Shown in pieces: positions 49,134 through 59,502 of a DNA stretch of 64,000 nt. This DNA comes from Scyliorhinus canicula (taxonomy: Eukaryota). The notes under the pieces were generated by a model. It was given only the letters and a program-made list of their open reading frames with translations, was not told the DNA's origin and searched no databases. The stretch covers positions 17,951,327 to 18,015,326 of the forward strand of contig NC_052172.1 in assembly GCF_902713615.1 (NCBI RefSeq). Reading direction: 5' to 3'. A program made the translations under genes and the position numbers. Positions within the stretch are counted from its first letter, which is position 1, and each line of letters begins with the position of its first letter.

Positions 49134-49439
49134 CAAGGGTGGGCAAATTTTTTTTTTTTAAATTTAAGGTTAATGGGGGGGGGGGGCTGTTGGGTTACTG
49201 GTATAGGGTGGATACGTTGACTTGAGTAGGGTGATCATTGCTCGGCACAACATGTGTTTCATGTGAAGTTTCTACTTTAAAATATTAATTAATAAAAATT
49301 AATTGCTTTTTTTTTTCTTTAAAAACCTTTTATTTTGGCTATTTTAAATATTAATTATTTTACTTAATATACTATGCGGCCCTTTAAAATTGTGAATTTC
49401 TGAATGTGGCCCTTGCACGGAAAAGTTTGCCCACCCCTG
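49134..49439 (-). mobile_element. Second, internally deleted copy of the hAT MITE
   Basis: Same TIRs. 8-bp TSD ctctaatc at 49126-49133 and 49440-49447. Confidence 0.9.
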
Positions 49440-49550
49440 CTCTAATCTTTCCTCAGAGACACTTTCTGCAGCCTGTTCTGGCATGTTTTAAAGTCATCGG
49501 CAACTTTGACAGGTTGTTAATCAGTTTGTTATGTCAATAATCAGCAGATC

Positions 49551-49586
49551 GGCTCGTTGGCCTAGGGGTATGATTCTCGCTTAGGG
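49551..49586 (+). pseudogene. 5' half of tRNA-Pro(AGG)
   Basis: ggctcgttggcctaggggtatgattctcgcttaggg matches vertebrate tRNA-Pro at 35 of 36 positions through the anticodon+1. The 3' half is missing and a SINE follows. Confidence 0.8.
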
Positions 49587-50121
49587 ACTTTCATTTTACA
49601 GGGGCTGTTTAGCACACTGGGCTAAATCGCTGGCTTTGAAAGCAGACCAAGCAGGCCAGCAGCATGGTTCGATTCCCGTAACAGCCTCCCCGAACAGGCG
49701 CCGGAATGTGGTGACTAGGGGCTTTTCACAGTAACTTCATTGAAGTCTACTCGTGACAATAAGCGATTTTCATTTTCAATTTGTGCGTACTGTAGAGATA
49801 GGGTAGACTGCACCACACGCTTCGTCAGGAAAGGGATCCTTGTGTAATGTTTTACGTCTATTTGTATCTCTCAATTATTCAGCAGATCACTACGACTCCC
49901 GACCAGAATTCTCCATTCTCCATTGTTGATCGCATAATGGGGTTCTTTTACTGTATTGTCATTGCTTTATTGATGAATTTGAGGTGGCCCGTTGATTATA
50001 TATTTTTTTTAAAAGAAAGAGACACAAGATGAGAGTTAGGAATGGCGAGAGATTTCTCAACCGTCCCTGTTGACCTTAAGAATTACTTTAGCTGCTGAAG
50101 TATGAAATTAGTCACTAATAA

Positions 50122-50570
50122 TAGCATTAGCTATGAGGAGCGGTTGAATAAACTCGGTTTGTTCTCACTGGAAAGACGGAGGTTGAGGGGCGACCTGATA
50201 GAGGTCTACAAAATTATGAGGGGCATAGACAGAGTGGATAGTCAGAGGCTTTTCCCCAGGGTAGAGGGGTCAATTACTAGGGGGCATAGGTTTAAGGTGC
50301 GTGGGGCAAGGTTTAGAGGAGATGTAAGAGGCAGGATTTTTACGCAGAGGGTAGTGGGTGTCTGGAATTCACTGCCGGAGGTGGTGGTGGAAGCAGGGAC
50401 GATAGTGACGTTTAAGGGCCATCCTGACAAATACATGAATAGGATGGGAATAGAGGAATACGGACCCAGGAAGTGTAGAAGATTTTAGTTTAGACGGGCA
50501 GCATGGTCGGCGCAGGCTTGGAGGGCTGAAGGGCCTGTTCCTGTGCTGTACTTGTCTTTGTTCTTTGTTC
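50122..50570 (+). mobile_element. CR1-clade LINE 3' fragment
   Basis: SYEERLNKLGLFSLERRRLRGDLIEVYKIMRG...TRGHRFKV plus CR1 tail. Confidence 0.9.
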
Positions 50571-50910
50571 TAATACTTTTCTTGATAATAGATTTTGTCA
50601 CAGAATCTGATACATATGTCTGTTTCCTACCAGTCTCCCAGCAGTCTCTCTTTATAGGTGCTCCACGTACTTAAGAAAATGCCCTTCATCCACATATCTA
50701 AATAAAGTTATCATACCATTGACATTTCCCACTCTTCATGAAAGCTCAAACGTTAACAGAATTTCTAACAAATTCTGATCAATTCAGTCCCCCTGAATTT
50801 GGTTAAGTTGGAAAATTGTCTGACATTCTTCCCAGTGCATGGATGTCAGGCTCATCCCCCCCCCCCCCCCCCCCCCCCCCAACGTGGTTCTCTCTCTCCC
50901 CCCCCCTTAC

Positions 50911-51047
50911 CTGATGAGCTCCGACCGCGGCTTCGGTTACTCGCTTCTATCTTCCCAGCACTGCCTTCGCGGGAGCAGTGTCTGGATTTTGACCGGCCTC
51001 GTTCCTCGTTGGTCAGGGAGTTCATGGTCCGATAGATCTTCTTCAAA
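50911..51047 (-). CDS. CCDC61: CCDC61 internal exon
   Basis: LKKIYRTMNSLTNEERGRSKSRHCSREGSAGKIEASNRSRGRSSS (compare NRSRNRSSS). Donor gtaagg. Phases 2/1. Confidence 0.85.
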
Positions 51048-52406
51048 CTGCATGTGAGAGATAGCGAGAGGCAGAGAGGGCGAGAGGCAGAGCAAGAGAN
51101 NNNNNNNNNNNNNNNNNNNNNNNNNNNNNNNNNNNNNNNNNNNNNNNNNNNNNNNNNNNNNNNNNNNNNNNNNNNNNNNNNNNNNNNNNNNNNNNNNNNN
51201 NNNNNNNNNNNNNNNNNNNNNNNNNNNNNNNNNNNNNNNNNNNNNNNNNNNNNNAGANNNNNNNNNNNNNNNNNNNNNNNNNNNNNNNNNNNNNNNNNNN
51301 NNNNNNNNNNNNNNNNNNNNNNNNNNNNNNNNNNNNNNNNNNNNNNNNNNNNNNNNNNNNNNNNNNNNNNNNNNNNNNNNNNNNNNNNNNNNNNNNNNNN
51401 NNNNNNNNNNNNNNNNNNNNNNNNNNNNNNNNNNNNNNNNNNNNNNNNNNNNNNNNNNNNNNNNNNNNNNNNNNNNNNNNNNNNNNNNNNNNNNNNNNNN
51501 NNNNNNNNNNNNNNNNNNNNNNNNNNNNNNNNNNNNNNNNNNNNNNNNNNNNNNNNNNNNNNNNNNNNNNNNNNNNNNNNNNNNNNNNNNNNNNNNNNNN
51601 NNNNNNNNNNNNNNNNNNNNNNNNNNNNNNNNNNNNNNNNNNNNNNNNNNNNNNNNNNNNNNNNNNNNNNNNNNNNNNNNNNNNNNNNNNNNNNNNNNNN
51701 NNNNNNNNNNNNNNNNNNNNNNNNNNNNNNNNNNNNNNNNNNNNNNNNNNNNNNNNNNNNNNNNNNNNNNNNNNNNNNNNNNNNNNNNNNNNNNNNNNNN
51801 NNNNNNNNNNNNNNNNNNNNNNNNNNNNNNNNNNNNNNNNNNNNNNNNNNNNNNNNNNNNNNNNNNNNNNNNNNNNNNNNNNNNNNNNNNNNNNNNNNCA
51901 AACATGAACATCATCTTAAAAGTACTGCACAGGCCTCAGCCCTGGCTCAGCAATCTCGCTTCTCAGTCCGTGGGTTCAAGTCCCACCTTGGAGATTGGAG
52001 CACAAAATCCCAGACAGTCCCAGTGCAGTATTGAGGGAATGCTGCACCGTCGGAGGTCCCCGAGGATCACTGGCATCTCTCCCTTCTTTGAGAGAGAGAG
52101 AGCTGACTGGCGACGATTTAACCTGAGGGTCACCACACCTCAGACGACGGACAAGGTCAAGAAGGCGGGGAGCCCTAATGGATAACCTCAGCCGGTGCGG
52201 GGATTGAACCCGCGCTGTTGGCGTCACGTCGCATCACGAACCAGCCGTCCAACGGACTGAGCTAACCGGCCACTCCGCATTTCACCAAGCACAGTGACGC
52301 AGAAAGATAGAACTAACAGATTGCTACATCACTATGTAAAGACGAGGTCCCCGTCATTAAATGAACCAGTGTTTTCACTTAACGATTTCCACTTTCAATA
52401 ACTTAC

Positions 52407-52485
52407 TTCCTCTGCTCCATCTCTTTCTGCTTCTGCTCCTTGTTGTGGACATATGCAGTTGGGTTAAAGCGGGACTGTCGGGTTC
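52407..52485 (-). CDS. CCDC61: CCDC61 internal exon
   Basis: GTRQSRFNPTAYVHNKEQKQKEMEQR (compare RFDPTAFVKAKERKQRE). Acceptor ctctcttcag, donor gtaagt. Phases 1/2. Confidence 0.92.
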
Positions 52486-52764
52486 CTGAAGAGAGGAATG
52501 CCAGTGAGAACGAGAATGATTTGGCAACACCCTAAAACTCTGTTCCGTAATAACACTGAGCATCCTAACGTCGCCTTTCTCAAACTCTCTGGTGCTGTCA
52601 TTCTTTCGTTGATCAGTAATCGCAGAAGCACACTTCAGAAAATTGGACTGAAACACATTGACAGGGCCAGAGAGAAGGGAGTTTCCACTACATCTAAACC
52701 TGGCCTGGGGGAAATGGACAACAGAGACTCAGGCGGCTCACAATGATTGTGTTCCGATCTTTGA

Positions 52765-53060
52765 GCACAGTGGTCAGCATGGTTGCTTCACATCTCCAGG
52801 GTCCCAGGTTCGATTCCCGGCTTGGGTCACTGCCTGTGCGGAGTCTGCACGTTTTCCCCGTGTCTGCGTGGGTTTCTTCCGGGTGCTCCGGTTTCCTCCC
52901 ACAAGTCCCGAAAGACGTGCTTGTTAGGTGAATTGGACATTCTGAATTCTCCCTCTGTGTACCCGAACAGGCGCCGGACTGTGGTGACTAGGGGCTTTTC
53001 ACAGTAACTTCATTGCAGTGTTAATGTAAGCCGACTTGTGACAATAATAAAGATTATTAT
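52765..53060 (+). mobile_element. V-domain SINE carrying the family-B 3' tail
   Basis: V domain followed by cccgaacaggcgccgga..tgtgg..actaggggcttttcacagtaacttcattg. Similar copies at 45060-45365(-) and 54465-54770(-). Confidence 0.8.
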
Positions 53061-53690
53061 TAAATGCTCACTCCCAGCATCATAAACTCAGATTTCGCTG
53101 AGGGGAGGCGGAGTATGGGGGCTGTTAACACAATCCTCAACTAAAAAGAACCACAAATAGTTCCAGGCATCACCGTTATGTTTTTTAAAAATAAATTTAG
53201 AGTACCCAATTCATTTTTTTCCAATTAAGGGGCAATTTAGCGTGGCCAATCCACCTAGCCTGCACATCTTTGGGTTGTGGGGGTGAAACCCACGCAGACA
53301 CGGGGAGAACGTGCAAACTCCACACGGACAGTGACCCAGAGCCGGGATCGAACCTGGGACCTCAGTGCCGTGAGGCAGCAGTGCTAACCACTGCGCCACC
53401 CTGTCATTACCGTTACGTTAACAGTCTGTGGAAGCTAGGTTTTCCCCCTTACGGCAGATTTGACAAGAGGCATTTGAATTTGGATCAAGTAAATAAAGGA
53501 ATAAAGGGAGGCAGTTTCCAACGGCTGAACGGTCAATAACTAGAGGACACAGGGCAATACAACCAGAGCAACTTGAGAAAGTCATTTTTTTTAAAGAAGT
53601 GGTTAGGATTAGGAATGCACAGCCCGAGTGGTGGTGCAGACAGACTCATTGTTTCTCTTCATATTTGAAGGATAAAAAATGACAGCGGCA

Positions 53691-53876
53691 TGGGGATGGA
53701 GCAGGAGAGCATGAAGAACATGCTCTCCTGCTCCATCCCCACAGGAAAGCATGAAGAACATGCTCTCCTGCTCCATCCCCACAGGAGAGCATGAAGAACA
53801 TGCTCTCCTGCTCCATCCCCACAGGAGAGCATGAAGAACATGCTCCCCTGCTCCATCCCCACAGGAGAGCATGAAG
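53691..53876. repeat. Perfect 23-bp inverted repeat followed by a 40-bp tandem array
   Basis: tggggatggagcaggagagcatg-aagaa-catgctctcctgctccatcccca, then about 4.4 units of aggagagcatgaagaacatgctctcctgctccatccccac. Confidence 0.93.
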
Positions 53877-53988
53877 TGCTTGTCGCAGGGGCCTGCACAG
53901 ACAATGGGCAGAATGGCCTCCGGTGCCCCATCATTCCATGATTCCCGCCCGACGGGCGAGTGTTTTTCTCTTTTGGGATAAACCGTAC

Positions 53989-54263
53989 CTGTTGGAGAGG
54001 GAGAGAGTCGGAGGGCACGGCAGCGATTCCCCTGCTGGCTCTCCCTGGAAGAGGACCGCTCCCTCTCCCGGAACGAAGCCCACCGGCCGCTTCTCTCCCT
54101 GGACGTGGACCGCTCCCTCTCTCGGGGCCCTGACCACTGCTTGTTCCTTTCCCGCGAGGCCGGGTGGCTGTCCGAGTCTGCCCTGGTCTGGGAATGCCGG
54201 CCTCCGGAGCCGAGGTTTAAACCCGATCGGTTTTGTGGCGAGGGCCCCATCGGAGTCAGGCGG
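53989..54263 (-). CDS. CCDC61: CCDC61 internal exon (R/S-rich region)
   Basis: RLTPMGP...RERSTSRERS...RSSSRES...RLSPSPT (compare RSSSRESGRG...PSPSPTG). Acceptor tttactttcag. Phases 2/1. Confidence 0.9.
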
Positions 54264-55452
54264 CTGAAAGTAAAAAGCAGAACATCAGGTGGGCAAGATG
54301 TGGGGAGCAGGAGGGGGGGGTCCAGAGAGGGGAGGATATCTTTAAAATGTGTAGCTGCAAATAGTGGGAACACTGGGATCCAATAAAACATCCCACGGTG
54401 CTTTAAAGGAACATTCACATGCAGAACAGCGCAGTGGAGGTCACAGATACGAGGCAAAGTGGAATTTATAATCTTTATTAGTGTCACAAGTAGGCTTAAC
54501 ATTATCACAATGAAGTTACTGTGAAAAGCCCCTAGTCGCCACATTCTGGCACCTGTTCGGGTACACAGAGGGAGAATTCAGAATATCCAATTCACCTAAC
54601 AGCACGTCTTTCGGGACTTGTGGGAGGAAACCGGAGCACCCGGAGGAAACCCACGCAGACACGGGGAGAATGTGCAGACTCTGCACAGACAGTGACCCAA
54701 GCCGGGAATCGAACCCGGGTCCCTGGCGCCGTGAAGTAACAGTGCTAACCACTGTGCTACCGTGCTACCCTTGCCTTACAAAACACAATTTGGCTGAGTG
54801 AGTCCTTTTTGGCTGCATTGACTCAATGACCTGAATGGTCACCTTCTGATGTTGTAAATGCACTATATAGTTCACATTTAGCCACTCGCTGAGCATCCTT
54901 CGACAGAGCCTTCCAAACCTGTGACCTCTAACACCTGGAAGGATGAACATAGGCGAACACCACCACCTGCAAGTTCCTGCACCATCCTGACTTGGAAATA
55001 TATCAGCCATTCCTTCACTGTCGCCAGGTTTAAATCCTGGAACCTCCCTAACTGCGCTGTGGGTGGACCTACACCACAGGGACTGTCTCGGTTCAAGGAG
55101 GCGGCTCACCACCACCACCTTCTGAAGGGGCAATTGGGGATGGCGACAAATGCTGGCCCAGCCAGCGAATCCCACATCCTATGAACAAATACAATTTAAA
55201 TACAGTGAATAGGGTCAGGCAGTGACAGCGAGAAGCTAGCCGCTCTTCTCCGCATTTCAGTCAGGCACAGTCTAACCCTTGCCCAATGATCGACAAGAGT
55301 CCATCGAGGTGCTTTTCCCCTCCCTAGTCCAGGGGTTTTGGGGGGGTGGGGATCATTTCTTCGACAAGGGATCAGCTAACCCAGCGGGAATGTGGGAATC
55401 AGCCGGCAGCGGTAACCTGGATATACGCTCGTGTATTCTGTCACCAACTCAC

Positions 55453-55535
55453 CCCCGTTTGTACAAGCTCAGCTCGGTGTTCAGGCTGTTCATTCGCACC
55501 TTGAGTTTCCGCTCCGACGTCTTCAGCTCTTCCAG
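55453..55535 (-). CDS. CCDC61: CCDC61 internal exon
   Basis: LEELKTSERKLKVRMNSLNTELSLYKRG (compare LEEAKASERSLRARLKTLTSELALYKRG). Phases 0/2. Confidence 0.94.
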
Positions 55536-55758
55536 CTGAGAAGTAAAATAAAGCGGGGGGAGGGGGGATAAAAAAATAAATCAGCGATATGGAAAAAAAC
55601 CGAGCAGACAAGGTTAAGAGATTTGATCGTGATGCTCTAAATCATGAAGGGTTTTGATGGCGAGGATAAGGAGAACCTTTCCTGTGGCGGACAGGTCAGT
55701 AACTGGGGGGGGACGACAGATTTAAAGGTGATCAGCAAAGGAACCGGAGGGGTGATGA

Positions 55759-55790
<32 letters not shown>

Positions 55791-58607
55791 GAAATAGAAA
55801 ATTCCACCCAGTCGCCTGAAAGGGCGGCGGAAACCGATTCAATAGTAAGTTTAGAAAGGGGACAGGATAAATACTTTGAAGGGAAAAGATTTCCAGGGTT
55901 ACAGGGAAGAGAGTTCGGGTGCGGGACTATAGTTTAGCCAAATAGCTGGTGGAAAGCAATGGGCTGAATGGCGTCCTTCATTAACACCGCAAAACCCAAT
56001 ACACTCGAGAGACAAGATCCAGTACTGAACGGCAATGGAAGCAATGGGAGCAAAGTCCTTTGATAGCGATAGGTGGGGATTTCGGTACAATACAAGCCCA
56101 GTTTGCTTTTTTATTCATTGAAGGGATGCGAGCATCGCTGGCTAGGTCAGCATTTACTGTCCATTCCCAATTGCTCTCGAGGTTTGTGGTGGTGACCACC
56201 CTTCTGAAATTTCTGCAGTCCGTGTGGTGTAGGTAGACCCACAGCGCAGTTCGGGAGGGAGCTCCAGCGACAGTAAAGGAACGGCCGATATATTTTCAAG
56301 TCAGGATGGCGAGTGGCTTGGAGGGGAACCTCCAGGTAGCGATGTTCCCATGTGCCTGCTGCCCTTGACCTTCTAGATGGGAGTGGCCCTGGGTTTGGAT
56401 GCTGCTATCTAAGGAGCCTTGGCGAGTTGCTGCAGTGCATCTTGCAGATGGTACACACGGCTGCCACTGTGTGTCGGTGGGGGAAATAGAGAATGTTTGA
56501 AGATGGGGTGCCAATCAAGTGGTTTGCTTTGTCCTGGACGGCATTGAGCTAAGAGTGTTGTTGGAGCTGCGCTCACCCAGGCTAATGGAGGTTCCATCAC
56601 ACTCCTGACTTGTGCCTTGTAGATGGTGGACAGGCTTTGGGGAGTCAGGAGGTGAGTTACTTGCCACAGGATCCTGAGCACCTGTCCTACAGATCCTGAG
56701 CCACAGTATTTATGGCCGGGTCCAATTAAGTTACTGGTTAATGGTAACCCCCCCCCCCGCATTATATTGATAGCGGAAGTTTCAGCAATGGTAATGCCAT
56801 TGAATGGCAAGGCTTACCCAGCACTCGTAATATCGTGGCATGGATCAGTTGGGTCAAGTTTGTGCTGTTCGGTACAGCAAATATAAAGAAGGTAATTCAC
56901 TCTGTGTGTTTGAACCTTCCCGCTGTGTGCTTGACAGGTTAGAGTAAAGGGAGTTTCACTCTGCCTCCAACCTAAGCTTTGGCTGACCAGGAGGTGAAGC
57001 GATTCAGACTAATTCAGAATAGTGACGAGCATTAGCAGGCCCCTCAGCCCATTCTGTCTGTTCCAGCTCTCCCAAAGGAACAATTCACCCAGTGTCACTG
57101 CCCTGCCTTGTCCCTGTCGCCCTGACACGAGTTCCTCTTCAGATAATGACCCAATTACGTTTTGAAAGCCACAGTGAGTCTAACCTCTACACCCCCAGGC
57201 AGTGCATTCCGGATCCTAACCACCCACTGCGTGTAAACAAACTATTTCATGTCGCTGTTGCTACATTTGTGTTTGGGAACACTCCTCATGCAAGCCTTTG
57301 AAATATATCGCCGTTCCTTCACTGCGACTGGGTTTGGGGGAAGGTGGTGACATAGTGGCATTCTCATTGACAACTAGTCCAGAGACCTGGGTTCAAATCC
57401 CACCATGGCAGATGATGAAATTTGAATTCAATAAAAACCTGGACTTAAAATGATGAACAGCAAACTATTGCCGATTGCTGAAACAATCCATCTGGTCCAC
57501 TAATATCCTTGAGGGAAGGGAATCTGCCAGGGTGGCGCAGTGGTTAGCACTGCTGCCTCGCGGCGTCGAGGACCCGGGTTCGATCCCGCGTCACTGTCCG
57601 TGTGGAGTTTGCACGTTCTCCCCGTGTCTGCATCCCCCACAATCCAAAGATGTGCGGGTTAGGTGGATTGGCCACGCTAAATTGCCCCTTAATTGGGAAA
57701 AAAAAACATAATTGGGTACTCTAAATTTATTTTTATAAAAGGGAAGGAAATCTGCCATCCTTATCTGATCTGGGTTAAATCTGACTCCAGATCTAGTGGT
57801 TGACTCTCAAATGCCCTCTGAGGTGAAGGGCAGTTAGGGGTGGGCAATAAATGCTGGCCCAGCATCCCGTAAATGATTTTTTTTTTTTTTTTTTTAACTG
57901 GAACTCCCTCCCTAACAGCACTGTGGATGTACCTACATCGCCTGAACTGCAGCAACTCAAGGTGGTGACTCACCAATACCTTCTCCAGGGCAATTAGGGA
58001 TGGTCAATAAATGTGCTGCCAAGTCAGTGATTCATTGCCTCCCATGAACAAATAAAAAATAAATCAATGTCCTCTGATTCTCCATCTTTCCATCAATGGG
58101 ACGTTTCGCCCATCGACTCTGTGCAGACCCCTCATGATTTTGAACATCCCTATCAAATCTCCTCTCAACCTTCTCCGAGGAAAAATAGCAAACTTCTCAA
58201 TCTATCTACTTTTTAAAACAAAATTTTAGAGTACCCAATTCTTTTTTCTTCGTATTAAGGGGCAATTTAGCGTGGCCAATCCACGTACCCTGCACATCTT
58301 TGGGTTGTGGGGGTGAAACCCACGCAGACACGGGGAGAATGTGCAAACTCCACACGGACAGTGACCCAGAGCCGGGATCGAACCCGGGTCCTCGGCGGCG
58401 TGAGGCAGCAGCGCTAACCCACTGTGTCCGTGCTGCCCTCAATCTATCTACTTAATGGACGTTCCTCATCCCTGGAATCATTTTCTGAAGGTCTACATAT
58501 CCTACCTAAAATGTGATGCCAGAACTGGTGTAACAATCCAACTGAGGCTCAACTAATGTTTTCTTCATGTGACTTTGGGTGACGTTTAGGGGGGGAAACG
58601 CGGTAGT

Positions 58608-59130
58608 ATTTTGGTCGCCACACTACCAGAAGGATGTGGAGGCACTGGAGAGGGTGCAGAGGAGGTTTACCAGGATACTGCCTGGTCTGGAAGGTGTTAG
58701 CTATGTGGAGAGGCTGAACATATTCAGACTGTTTTCATTAGAAAGACGGAGGTTGAGGGGCGAGCTGATTGAGCTCTACAAGATTATGAGGGGCCATGGA
58801 TAGAGTGGATGGGCAGGCACTCTTTCCCAGGGTGGAGGGGTCAGTCACCAGGGGGCATAGGTTTAAGGTCCGTGGGGCAAAGTTTAGAGGAGATGTGCGA
58901 GGCAGGTTTTTTTTACACAGAGGGTGGTGAGTGCCTGGGACGCGTTGCCAGGGGAGGTTGTGGAATCAGATACATTAACGGCGTTCAAAAGGTATCTTGA
59001 CAAATACATGGATAGGATGGGTATAGAGGGATACGGCGCAAGGAAATGCTGAGGGTTTTGGCCAAGGGTGGTATCATGACCAGTACAGGCTTGGAGGGCC
59101 GAAGGGCCTGTTCCTGTGCTGTATTGTTCT
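58608..59130 (+). mobile_element. CR1-clade LINE 3' fragment
   Basis: FWSPHYQKDVEALERVQRRFTR...LERRRLRG, frameshifted, with CR1 tail. Confidence 0.9.
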
Positions 59131-59285
59131 CCGATTCGCTTCCAGTCCAATTCCTCACTTCCAATGAATAAAATTTAATAGGTGAAAAAGCTCAATCCCT
59201 AGGTGAAAATTTAACAGACAAGGCTCTGCAATATCCATTTTCAACATAAATGCTGCTGTCCTTACTCCATGAGCTGATATCTCAC

Positions 59286-59502
59286 CTCATCCAACACCTG
59301 CCGGTAATCTTGGTTCCGTTTATTTGTTGCTCTCTGATTTTTCGTTTTCTCCTTCATTAGCTCCTCCTCCAAGCTTTGAATGATCTTCTTCAGGATTTTC
59401 ACCTCCTTGGATGTGGATGCCGTGCTGGAGAGTTTCATCTGCTCCTGGAGCTGCAAGATCATAACCTCCAGCTCCTGTTTCTCCTGCAGCAACTTCTCGA
59501 AC
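59286..59502 (-). CDS. CCDC61: CCDC61 internal exon (coiled coil)
   Basis: FEKLLQEKQELEVMILQLQEQ...LEEELMKEK...NQDYRQVLDE. Acceptor cccctcag, donor gtgaga. Phases 2/0. Confidence 0.92.

Noticed and set aside
50852-52034. ORFs spanning N runs (also 4452-6447 and 21061-21619)
   Set aside because: They are open only because of assembly gaps. Only the embedded CCDC61 exon at 50911-51047 is supported.
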